From: a virus
DNA: 30,061 bases
IMG/VR virus record: IMGVR_UViG_2675903378_000003
Span: 1 to 30,061 of that record
Reading direction: 5' to 3' (one strand)
Part shown: positions 1-9,161 of the stretch, piece after piece
How the letters are laid out: each line of letters begins with the position of its first letter
Position numbering within the stretch: the first letter of the stretch is position 1
Program-made: the position numbers and the translations under genes
Notes under the pieces: generated by a model
Told to the model about the DNA's origin: nothing
The model's database searches: none
The model's input: only the letters and a program-made list of their open reading frames with translations

Positions 1-1590
<1,590 letters not shown>

Positions 1591-1620
1591 GGCATTGTCC
1601 TGCGGGGCTTTGCGGGATGG

Positions 1621-2838
1621 TTACGCGCCTTCCTCTGCTTCCTGTACCAATTCCGTACCAGTTTTAACCCTGGTCGGTAGCTTCTCCAGCTCGCTCCAAT
1701 CCGAGGCGGAGTTCAGCCACTTGGCATAGGTCGATAGCAGCATCTGCACGCTGTGGCCTAGCTGCCCAGCGATAAACGCAGGGTTCATGCCGGCCATCAG
1801 GCACATGGTCGCGTATGTGTGGCGGGTGTCGTACTGCCGGCGCCTTCGGATGGATAGAGCATCCAGCGCGGCGTGGAAGTGCTTTATGGTAACACTTGGC
1901 TCCTTGATCCACAGCCCGCCCTTGCTCGGAGGGAACACGAAGGGGCTTACTGCGAATTCGGAGACGGAGGCGACGCGCTTCAGCCGAGCAATCCGCTTGG
2001 CCTCTGCCAGGGCATTCAGGGCGCGTTCGTTGAGCAGGACGTCGCGTTCGTGCTTGGTCTTTACTCGCTCTTCGATTCCGCGATCTATGACGATCCGGCA
2101 CACGTGGATGCGCCTGGCCTCTTCGTCTACCTCGTCCCATCTGAGGGCGAAAGCTTCCCCAGGCCGCAACCCTGTGAAGAACAGAAACTCGTACAGCGCG
2201 GCGTAGATCCTTGAGTACTTCCCAAGGGTCGCGTACAGGTGTTGGATGATGCGTTCTGCTTCGTCCCTGGTGAAAGGATCCACCAGCTTCTTCGAAACCC
2301 TCGGCTTCTCAAGAGGCGCCATCGGGTTCTTCTTGATCAGCCCGTCCTTCACAGCGGAATCTAGGATCGTCGATAGCTTGAACATCGCGTTCCGCTTCAC
2401 GCCTGGCGACGTCCACTCGATGCTGCTGATGATTCGGCGCAAGAGGGTAGGGGTGATCTGGTCAAGCCGGGCTACTGCAAGATGTGGCATCCAGTATTGG
2501 TTAAGGATGCTCTTGTAGTTCTTTCGGGTGCCAAGCACGATCTCTCGGCTGTCTAGCCAGAGTTGCGCATGCTCACCGAACAGAGGGATTTGGCTGCTGA
2601 CCGATTCCGCAATCGCAGACCCTGGGAAGAACTCTGCATACTTGGCTTCGTCCATGATGCCAAGCTTGATGGTCTGGACTACCTGATCTCTAAGACCGGA
2701 TGCAGTCTTAATCCCTTTTTGCGTCGCGGGATAGGGGAGTGTTTCGCACTTCCTTGTTCCGTTCCACATGAAGCGGATACGGATAGAGTTGCCGATGACT
2801 TCCACCCCGGTGGGCATACCCAAAGGCTTTCGAGCCAT
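1621..2838 (-). CDS. int: Phage tyrosine recombinase/integrase
   Basis: 405 aa; C-terminal catalytic pattern FTGLRPGEAFALRW ... RRRRQYDTRHTYATMCLMAGMNPAFIAGQLGHSVQMLLSTYAKW, with R, H-x-x-R, H and Y residues. Confidence 0.95.
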   Translation of the reverse strand: MARKPLGMPTGVEVIGNSIRIRFMWNGTRKCETLPYPATQKGIKTASGLRDQVVQTIKLGIMDEAKYAEFFPGSAIAESVSSQIPLFGEHAQLWLDSREIVLGTRKNYKSILNQYWMPHLAVARLDQITPTLLRRIISSIEWTSPGVKRNAMFKLSTILDSAVKDGLIKKNPMAPLEKPRVSKKLVDPFTRDEAERIIQHLYATLGKYSRIYAALYEFLFFTGLRPGEAFALRWDEVDEEARRIHVCRIVIDRGIEERVKTKHERDVLLNERALNALAEAKRIARLKRVASVSEFAVSPFVFPPSKGGLWIKEPSVTIKHFHAALDALSIRRRRQYDTRHTYATMCLMAGMNPAFIAGQLGHSVQMLLSTYAKWLNSASDWSELEKLPTRVKTGTELVQEAEEGA

Positions 2839-3014
2839 TCGTCGTATCTCCGTCGACTGTAGATTATCTTCCCGTTTACCTTGTTCCAGACACCTTCCGG
2901 GATCTGCCGTTTTGATCTGCGGGTTTGCAGGGCGCGGTAGGTTATCCCAAGCAATGCCGCCATAACCTGCTCAGGCACCTTGTCTTCGTACTCGACCTTC
3001 TCTGCGGTACTCAT
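2679..3014 (-). CDS. Excisionase-like protein (DUF1233-type), overlapping the int 5' end by 160 bp
   Basis: ATG at 3014; MSTAEKVEYEDKVPEQVMAALLGITYRALQTRRSKRQIPEGVWNKVNGKIIYSRRRYDEWLESL; position directly upstream of int. Confidence 0.7.
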   Translation of the reverse strand: MSTAEKVEYEDKVPEQVMAALLGITYRALQTRRSKRQIPEGVWNKVNGKIIYSRRRYDEWLESLWVCPPGWKSSATLSVSASCGTEQGSAKHSPIPRRKKGLRLHPVLEIR

Positions 3015-3072
3015 AGGCAATACCTCTCCACCCCAGCTATTGCCGGGGAGGGCATGATGGTAGGATTGGTTG

Positions 3073-3116
3073 CCCAGCCGGGTTAGCTCAGGGAGAGCTA
3101 GTGGCGCCCGGCTGGG
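3073..3116. repeat. Composite palindrome/hairpin between the left operon and the xis-like gene
   Basis: CCCAGCCGGG (3073-3082) pairs perfectly with CCCGGCTGGG (3107-3116); internal TAGCTC (3084-3089) pairs with GAGCTA (3095-3100). Confidence 0.85.
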
Positions 3117-3551
3117 TTACTTGATGAGTTCGGCTGGGACGTTGATGGTTTCGCCCAGCTTCGCTCGAACGATGGCGCGGCAGGCTGCTATTAGGTGGGT
3201 TGGACCTGCCGATGTTGCATCAGCTGGCATATCGCAGCCGCAGGCTGTGAAGAATCGCAGCGGTTCGCCATGCCAGTCGCTACCGATCCACTCGAATTCA
3301 AAGCGGTGCTTTTCAATCAGTGGTCCGCCTTGAGCCCATGAGTCCGAAGGTTCGTATCGCTCGACTTCTTCAGTAATCGAGCGAGGTCCAAAGGTGCAGC
3401 CATATTTGCAGCAGTGGATGCCGCCTCTCACGTCATAACGGTACTGTCCAATGTCATGGACAATGACCTCTTCTCCTTCAGCCATTGCAACGGCCCAATC
3501 CAGCGCTGCCCCCTCAAGCTCGCAGGTCTTCACTTCTACGGTTTCGCTCAT
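3117..3551 (-). CDS. DUF2591-like phage protein
   Basis: ATG at 3551; MSETVEVKTCELEGAALDWAVAMAEGE ... LIAACRAIVRAKLGETINVPAELI; ATGA overlap with the upstream ORF. Confidence 0.7.
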   Translation of the reverse strand: MSETVEVKTCELEGAALDWAVAMAEGEEVIVHDIGQYRYDVRGGIHCCKYGCTFGPRSITEEVERYEPSDSWAQGGPLIEKHRFEFEWIGSDWHGEPLRFFTACGCDMPADATSAGPTHLIAACRAIVRAKLGETINVPAELIK

Positions 3552-3907
3552 TCCCCACCTCCCATAGACTTGCCGATCTCTGCGGCGGCGCGGACTATTG
3601 CTCGCCGAGTTGCCGCATACGGGTTTTCTGTGAACACTTCCTGGCAAGGGTTCATCCCGTCACCATTTGATGGATCGGCGGCCACCTCCTGAAATCCGTT
3701 GTAGAACGTAATGTCCAGGCGAAGCTGCACCGCCAGAATAAACGCGTGGTGGCTTTCGATAAGTGGGTTCCAGGCCGTACACCCATCGACAATCCAAAGG
3801 CTGGCTTTTGCTGGATCGACTATGGAATCACGTTCGGCTTGACGCTGCTCATTGATCTGCATCCCCGCCGCCCGCGCCGCCAGTTCGAGTAGTGTGCGGT
3901 CGTTCAT
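3548..3907 (-). CDS. Phage hypothetical protein, DUF2591-like
   Basis: 119 aa ORF in the ATGA-linked operon; C-terminus PYAATRRAIVRAAAEIGK resembles the neighbouring ORF. Confidence 0.65.
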   Translation of the reverse strand: MNDRTLLELAARAAGMQINEQRQAERDSIVDPAKASLWIVDGCTAWNPLIESHHAFILAVQLRLDITFYNGFQEVAADPSNGDGMNPCQEVFTENPYAATRRAIVRAAAEIGKSMGGGE

Positions 3908-4245
3908 TTCCCGGCCCCCTCCAAGGCTGTTCTGGCCTTTTCCAGCACTGCCTCCATAGATACGTCAGGCATGCCACGCCCTGCCTCAATGTATGCTTCA
4001 GCGCGCAGCACGAAGGCCTCAAGCACCGAACGGAGCATCTGATTTTCTTCCTGGCTTTTAACTGTCTCAATCGCCAGGTTGCGGAAGTCTCCGTATCTAA
4101 CCCACAAGCCGTTTGCGCCCATATAACTATACTCCTCCATTTCGGCATAGCGAACGTCTCGCCCCCATCCATCTTCCCCAACTGTTAATACTGGAGCGAA
4201 GGTCTTTGTGGAGTGCAAGATGTTCAGAAGCTTTGCGTCGTTCAT
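3904..4245 (-). CDS. Phage hypothetical protein
   Basis: ATG at 4245 with ATGA overlaps on both sides; MNDAKLLNILHSTKTFAPVLTVGEDGWGRDVRYAEM... Confidence 0.65.
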   Translation of the reverse strand: MNDAKLLNILHSTKTFAPVLTVGEDGWGRDVRYAEMEEYSYMGANGLWVRYGDFRNLAIETVKSQEENQMLRSVLEAFVLRAEAYIEAGRGMPDVSMEAVLEKARTALEGAGK

Positions 4246-4847
4246 TGCGTTGCTCCTTCTAGGGCTGCGTCGATTGCAGCGTCTAGGTGCTCCAGGTTGA
4301 GTACGATGTTCTCCGGGGTCATCCCGGCGAATACGCCGCCTTGTCTGATCGTTTCGAGGTCTCGCTCTCGCAGCCACCGGTAGCGCGCGGCGTCCTTCGC
4401 CATGCGCCGAATCTGCTCTGGAATGCTGACATTGCCGCCGTCTGGAGGGTCCATGTAGTAAGTACCGGGCAGAACGCTTGCGCACTCCTTCAAGTCCTGC
4501 GCCAACCACTCGCAGTGTTTCTGCGTGTCCTTGTGGGCGCAGTTCTCCGCCTTGAGCCTGTCCCGCTCTTTCCTAGCATCATCGCGTGCTTGGCAGAGCG
4601 CCCTAAGTTCGGAGCTATCGCGGCCATGCTGAGCAAGCAAGCCGTCGATCTCGTCCAGCAGGGCGAGGATTGCTTTCGGCTCGACAGCTTCCCGAAACTT
4701 GGTTATGGCGAATACGTGTTCAAGGCTCGGCGTTCCATGCAAGGCATCAGCCCGCTTAGCCAGCCTCCGCAGCTCTGCGTGGTCGGTCATGATCTGGTCC
4801 GCCTGCTTCACGCTTTCCAGCAGTTCGTTGAAAAGTGGCTCATCCAT
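4242..4847 (-). CDS. Phage hypothetical protein with C-terminal ARYRWLR...LDAAIDAAL module
   Basis: 201 aa; shares AARYRWLRERD...HLDAAIDAALEG with the ORF at 12806-13126. Confidence 0.7.
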   Translation of the reverse strand: MDEPLFNELLESVKQADQIMTDHAELRRLAKRADALHGTPSLEHVFAITKFREAVEPKAILALLDEIDGLLAQHGRDSSELRALCQARDDARKERDRLKAENCAHKDTQKHCEWLAQDLKECASVLPGTYYMDPPDGGNVSIPEQIRRMAKDAARYRWLRERDLETIRQGGVFAGMTPENIVLNLEHLDAAIDAALEGATQ

Positions 4848-5166
4848 TTTCCTTCACCTCGATTCCGGCTTGCTTGATGAAGGCAGCGCATGCGGCGATG
4901 GCCCCGTTCACCATGTGCGCAATACCAGCGGCCATGTCGATGCCTTCCTCGTCGATGTTGAAATGCTCAACAACCTCTTCGGCGGTGATCGTCGGCGGCA
5001 ACTCCACCCTCAGAGCCGCGCGGCTGGCTTTCCAGGCTTGATAAGCAAAGTCCACATCAACGTCGTCATAGTCAAAGTTAGGGTCATTGGATTTCCTAAG
5101 ATCGGCGTAACCGCCCATAGCGTTGGTAACCCACGCTTCAAACTCTTCTCTCATTGCTTGCTCCAT
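4840..5166 (-). CDS. Phage hypothetical protein with FEAWV...AWKASRAAL module
   Basis: 108 aa; MREEFEAWVTNAMGGYADLRKSND...AYQAWKASRAAL, overlapping its neighbours in the same operon. Confidence 0.65.
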   Translation of the reverse strand: MEQAMREEFEAWVTNAMGGYADLRKSNDPNFDYDDVDVDFAYQAWKASRAALRVELPPTITAEEVVEHFNIDEEGIDMAAGIAHMVNGAIAACAAFIKQAGIEVKENG

Positions 5167-5300
5167 CTGCTCAACTCCTGTCCTTTCAACTCTGTCTGCT
5201 CGTAGAGGTTCTGGAAGTCCCCGACTATCCGGAAGATGCCGAAGACGATCAGCGCGATGACCAGAGCCCGGGTGATTAGGGTTTCGTTTTCGTTGTCCAC
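5151..5300 (-). CDS. Small membrane protein, 49 aa, absent from the supplied ORF track
   Basis: GTG start at 5300; (M)DNENETLITRALVIALIVFGIFRIVGDFQNLYEQTELKGQELSRWSKQ; one hydrophobic helix; 3' end overlaps the start of the downstream ORF. Confidence 0.55.
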   Translation of the reverse strand: MDNENETLITRALVIALIVFGIFRIVGDFQNLYEQTELKGQELSRWSKQ

Positions 5301-5359
5301 GGTTGGTCCTCCGGGGGTCGGATTCGTTGGTTTGGGGTGGCGGGCTCCTGGCCCAAAAT

Positions 5360-5446
5360 CGGCCAGTTTTTGTGCTGAAACCCAGCGGGAATGCGGGTTT
5401 CAGCCTGGCCGAGGGTGGCGGTTGCGATGCCGGGATTCCGGCATCG
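5360..5446. repeat. Cluster of perfect inverted repeats (structured intergenic region)
   Basis: CGGCCAG (5360-5366)/CTGGCCG (5405-5411) enclosing GCTGAAACCC (5374-5383)/GGGTTTCAGC (5395-5404); then CGATGCCGG (5425-5433)/CCGGCATCG (5438-5446). Confidence 0.85.
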
Positions 5447-5462
5447 GAGGAGAATCAAAGGG

Positions 5463-5864
5463 TTAGGATTGGAGGAGGGTATCGAACTTCGCGAACAGCT
5501 CTGGCTCGCCATACTTCTTGGACAGGTATTCTCCCTTGTGCGCCGCACCGTCCTTCGCAGCCTCAAGAAGTTCCTCCAGCAACTCCCGCGGAACCACCAC
5601 ATGGCCTTCTTCTGAGCCGTTTCGGCGCTCTACATACTCCGTCAGAGCCTCGGCTAGCATGGCGCCAAACTCATCCTGAAGCTCTTCAGGATTCTCCATG
5701 TAGACGATACGGCCCCAACCCCGAACACGGAGAACCTGGTCCCCATCGACGTGATTGTCAGCCACCATGTTTTGCTTTGCGTCCCAGATGTAACCGCCGA
5801 AACTGTCGTAGGAGAACGGTGGTGTATAGAGCGCCAAGGCGCGCTTGCGAAGTTCTTCAGCCAT
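5463..5864 (-). CDS. Phage hypothetical protein
   Basis: ATG at 5864 overlapping the upstream ORF; MAEELRKRALALYTPPFSYDSFGGYIWDAKQNMVADN... Confidence 0.65.
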   Translation of the reverse strand: MAEELRKRALALYTPPFSYDSFGGYIWDAKQNMVADNHVDGDQVLRVRGWGRIVYMENPEELQDEFGAMLAEALTEYVERRNGSEEGHVVVPRELLEELLEAAKDGAAHKGEYLSKKYGEPELFAKFDTLLQS

Positions 5865-6600
5865 TGCCGTTCTCCTTGTCCTGGTTGAGCAGGGCGCGGA
5901 GTTCGCGGTTGGTCTTTGCCACCTGGTCGCGGCCGCAGTAGTGGAATCCGCCGTCGCACTCGCATTCGTGGAGTTCAAGCCAGTTTCCCAAGTGACGCAC
6001 GACTTCGCGCAACAGCCCCTCGCTGACCGTCTTGCCGTTGAGGCGCTTGACCTCTTCGACAACCCTCATGCCGAGGTTGGCCGCCCAGTTCGTAGTTCCG
6101 GTGACGTTGGTCTTCTCGTTCCACTGGTAACGCATGACGATATTCATGACGTTATCAACGCTGGGGAGCACAACCACCCTTGCGCGCAGTTCCGATAGTT
6201 CGCCGAGGCAGGCTTTCAAGTGCGCTTGCAACTGATAATTCGCTGCCTGCTCGTCGCAGAAGTTTTGTCGAGCAAGGTCTCGTTCGAGTTTGAGATCATC
6301 TCTCGCCATTCGCAGTGCTGCGACTTCGGTGCGTAGCGACACAATCAAGTCAGCCTGATCGTTGCGGTGCTGCTCAGCGCGTGCGACTTCCTCCCTGAGC
6401 GCCTGGGCCTCGGCGGCGAGGGCGTCGTAGAGTCCCTTGCCAACAAATTCTCCATCCCTGAACGCAGTTGTCAGTTCCGCCGCAACTCGGTCACAGGTCT
6501 TTTTGTGCCCCACATACAGATCGCGCGTGCCATTTCCGGCCCTGACGCAATAGGGCCAGAACCCTTTTCCTGTCTGCTCTACTCGGTATCTTTCACTCAT
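5857..6600 (-). CDS. Phage hypothetical protein with coiled-coil central region
   Basis: 247 aa; MSERYRVEQTGKGFWPYCVRAGNG... followed by heptad-like Leu/Glu/Arg-rich stretch; ATGA overlap at 6597-6600. Confidence 0.65.
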   Translation of the reverse strand: MSERYRVEQTGKGFWPYCVRAGNGTRDLYVGHKKTCDRVAAELTTAFRDGEFVGKGLYDALAAEAQALREEVARAEQHRNDQADLIVSLRTEVAALRMARDDLKLERDLARQNFCDEQAANYQLQAHLKACLGELSELRARVVVLPSVDNVMNIVMRYQWNEKTNVTGTTNWAANLGMRVVEEVKRLNGKTVSEGLLREVVRHLGNWLELHECECDGGFHYCGRDQVAKTNRELRALLNQDKENGNG

Positions 6601-6863
6601 GGCCGAATCTCCAATGAGCCCTTAAGCAGCCAGCGTGCGAGCCGTTCGCGCCAGTTCATGAATCGCGACTTGCCGCGAGCGTTTACCATCAGAAGACCGT
6701 CGGCTTTCTGATGGACCCGGACTGCATGGCTGTCGAGCATGTGAGAGGCTTCCAGCAAGACATGCTTGGCCTCTGCTTCGTGCCGGTTCCCGTTGTAGCT
6801 CAGGCACCGGGCGACTCCCTGGCACTTGCTTGCCAGCCTCGATTCGTAGTGTTCCTCACTCAT
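6597..6863 (-). CDS. Phage hypothetical protein
   Basis: 88 aa; ATG at 6863; ATGA overlap downstream. Confidence 0.6.
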   Translation of the reverse strand: MSEEHYESRLASKCQGVARCLSYNGNRHEAEAKHVLLEASHMLDSHAVRVHQKADGLLMVNARGKSRFMNWRERLARWLLKGSLEIRP

Positions 6864-8115
6864 GACCTACCTCCTTGCCGGCCGCGGCCGCGCGGTCCAG
6901 GCGCTCTATCTCGGCCAGGATCAATGCGCCGGCCCGCATGTAGTTCGCACGCGCGTCGCGGGGCTTCCACCACTTCGCCGAGAACGGCCAGATAGCTGGA
7001 GCTTCGTCATTGGCTCCGCTGAGGATGTACGCCGCTGCGGCTCGCGGAAGCTCGGCGGCGCAATAGAGGTCGTCATGGTCCGGTGTCCAGCCCTCGGCGG
7101 TGATCTGCCGGCGTCGCTCGGCTTGAACGTCGAGCCATGCTTTCGGCATGCTGTGCTGAGCCTGGGTGAGCACGTCGGCGGATATGGCGCGCAAAAAGTT
7201 CTGAATTGCTCGCATATCTTCCTCGCTGGGTTCGTTACGCAGATACAGCACTACAGCTCTGGGATGTTCGGCATCGCGACCGATGCCAGATATTTCCGGC
7301 ACGCTGTGCTGAGCCTGGGCTACAGGGGCTGTGTAGAGCTTCGTGCCCGGCTGCATGTCTTGCAGGTCGCGATGGAAATCAAGGCTGTTCCAGTCTTCAC
7401 CCGGCACCTTCGCAACGGTCGCCACCGGCTCCTGCTTCTCCAGTTCCTGCAATCGCGCATCGGCGTCTCGCCAACGGTTTTCCCAGTAGCGTTCTGCTCC
7501 GCCTTGGCCGAGACGGACGCAGTGGGCTTCAAGCTCCGCGACCCTGGCCATGGCGGCGTCGCGCTGTTGCTCCACACGATTGAACATTTCTGCCCAACGG
7601 GCGACGCTGGCTGCATGCTGCGCGACAGTCATCAGTTCATCGTTTGCATTGAGCGGACCGCACTGGCCGAGGACGACAGGATTCGAATGCACGACGCGAG
7701 CCACCACCTCCGGCCGCTCCGCCTCTGCCTGCGCTGGGGAGGGTTGCGCCAGGGCGGCGCGGGCTTGCAACAACAGCGGATAGAGATGGCGCCATGCCTG
7801 GAAGGCGAACGTGCGTTCGTAGTCGCCTCCGCCGGCGCGGCAGTATTGACCTTCTTCTTCCCACCACTCGGCGAACACGCCAGCGAATACCTCATCAGGG
7901 ACGTGCGCGCCCTCTGCCTGCTCGGCCTGCACCGGGGAGGGTTCCAGGGCGGCGCGGGCTTTCCACCCCTCCCATGCATCATTGGTGAACTTGGCGTCCC
8001 AGTTCACAGCGATATGCGCCGGCATGCCGCAGTGCTTGCGCACGAAGAGTTCAAACGCCGCGCGCTCATCCCCGCCTGCCTGCTCTACCAGTGCCTTGTT
8101 CATCTCCATGCTCAT
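6856..8115 (-). CDS. Multi-module phage hypothetical protein with C-terminal WPFSAKWWKPRD...RAGALILAEIERLDRAA domain
   Basis: ATG at 8115 forms an ATGA overlap with the upstream stop; repeated AW..W.ARAALEPSP / AW..L.QARAALAQPSP segments. Confidence 0.7.
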   Translation of the reverse strand: MSMEMNKALVEQAGGDERAAFELFVRKHCGMPAHIAVNWDAKFTNDAWEGWKARAALEPSPVQAEQAEGAHVPDEVFAGVFAEWWEEEGQYCRAGGGDYERTFAFQAWRHLYPLLLQARAALAQPSPAQAEAERPEVVARVVHSNPVVLGQCGPLNANDELMTVAQHAASVARWAEMFNRVEQQRDAAMARVAELEAHCVRLGQGGAERYWENRWRDADARLQELEKQEPVATVAKVPGEDWNSLDFHRDLQDMQPGTKLYTAPVAQAQHSVPEISGIGRDAEHPRAVVLYLRNEPSEEDMRAIQNFLRAISADVLTQAQHSMPKAWLDVQAERRRQITAEGWTPDHDDLYCAAELPRAAAAYILSGANDEAPAIWPFSAKWWKPRDARANYMRAGALILAEIERLDRAAAAGKEVGHE

Positions 8116-8336
8116 TTCAAGCTCTCCCACACCTCGGCATTGCCGAGCGCTTCGATTGATGTGTACGTGCTGTGCCCGCTAGCTTCTTGAAGCTCAACTG
8201 ATCCGCCGGCTTCGAGCACTGCGATGTATCTGCGATTAGTTGGCTTGTGCCGGAAGACCTTTCCGACGACGCACTGCGCGTTGATATGCCGGACTTGGTA
8301 GCTGTCGGCGAAACAGCCGTGTTCGTGCATGCTCAT
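8112..8336 (-). CDS. Phage hypothetical protein
   Basis: MSMHEHGCFADSYQVRHINAQCVVGKVFRHKPTNRRYIAVLEAGGSVELQEASGHSTYTSIEALGNAEVWESLK; ATGA overlaps. Confidence 0.6.
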   Translation of the reverse strand: MSMHEHGCFADSYQVRHINAQCVVGKVFRHKPTNRRYIAVLEAGGSVELQEASGHSTYTSIEALGNAEVWESLK

Positions 8337-8518
8337 GCTGCTACCCTCGGGGCTATGCCCATGTCTCTGTCGTGATGTCCTGCGAGCCAAAGTGACCGCT
8401 CATAGAGCATGTGCAGTCCGTAGGGGCAGGCCTGGAGACGTTCGCCGCGGTCGCGTGCGTCGACGCCCTCGCGGTATTCGTCTGCCGATTCGGGGAACTC
8501 AAGCCGCTTGCTTTGCAT
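8333..8518 (-). CDS. Ribosome-modulation-factor-like / CrpP-like small protein
   Basis: EYREGVDARDRGERLQACPYGLHMLYERSLWLAGHHDRDM matches the RMF pattern G..A...G.....CPY......RS.WL.G; ATGA overlap downstream. Confidence 0.65.
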   Translation of the reverse strand: MQSKRLEFPESADEYREGVDARDRGERLQACPYGLHMLYERSLWLAGHHDRDMGIAPRVAA

Positions 8519-9098
8519 TTGCTGCTCGCCTCCGCGCGTTTTCACAGGCCTTGCATTCGCTGCAATGGCCGTCCTTCTTGCTCGGGTTCGAGTAGTACTC
8601 AGATAGAGGTTTGAGCGTCTTGCACTTCGAGCATGGTTTCTCGCCGTTTATGAGCGTCGATTTCCCATGTCCGGATGCCCTCCACTTGTCGAACTCGGTG
8701 CGGGTGGAGAAATAGGTGCGAAGGAGACGCTGCACGGTGTGATCGCTTATCCCCATGGCAGGGCCGATCTCCCATCGACCGCAATCGAGGATCACTAGGT
8801 CTTCGAGCATCTGGCAGTATTCGATGTCCTTTGCCGTGCGCTTGGCCTGAACACGCTTCTGCTGCTCTCGCTCCATCCCGGTAGATGATCCGGTAATGCG
8901 GCTATTGAACGTGACCGGCTGATTTGAAGAGACGCCCGCAGGGATATTCGTGATGACTCCTCCCGCCGCCAGATACTCAGCAACGGCGTTTTGAATGTCA
9001 TCGTGAGTCAGCGCATGGGCAACCGGCTCTTGCACGCCGGACCACGCATCAGCGCCGATTCTCAGGTCGCTTAGAATCTCGGGAATGTCGGTTTCCAT
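8499..9098 (-). CDS. Phage protein with HTH-like segment and C-terminal C4 zinc-ribbon
   Basis: GPAMGISDHTVQRLLRTYFS and CSKCKTLKPLSEYYSNPSKKDGHCSECKACENARRR. Confidence 0.65.
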   Translation of the reverse strand: METDIPEILSDLRIGADAWSGVQEPVAHALTHDDIQNAVAEYLAAGGVITNIPAGVSSNQPVTFNSRITGSSTGMEREQQKRVQAKRTAKDIEYCQMLEDLVILDCGRWEIGPAMGISDHTVQRLLRTYFSTRTEFDKWRASGHGKSTLINGEKPCSKCKTLKPLSEYYSNPSKKDGHCSECKACENARRRAANAKQAA

Positions 9099-9112
9099 GG
9101 CTTTCTCCGGGC

Positions 9113-9140
9113 AAAATAAAAGGCCCTCAATAGGGCCTTT
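9113..9140 (-). terminator. Rho-independent terminator downstream of ssb
   Basis: Perfect stem AAAGGCCC (9119-9126)/GGGCCTTT (9133-9140), followed in minus orientation by TATTTTG. Confidence 0.7.
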
Positions 9141-9161
9141 AATTTCTCGTAACTTGTTGAT

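Noticed and set aside
6862-8190. 442-aa plus-strand ORF antisense to the early operon
   Set aside because: Opposite an overlapping, translationally coupled minus-strand gene. No motif and composition typical of shadow ORFs.
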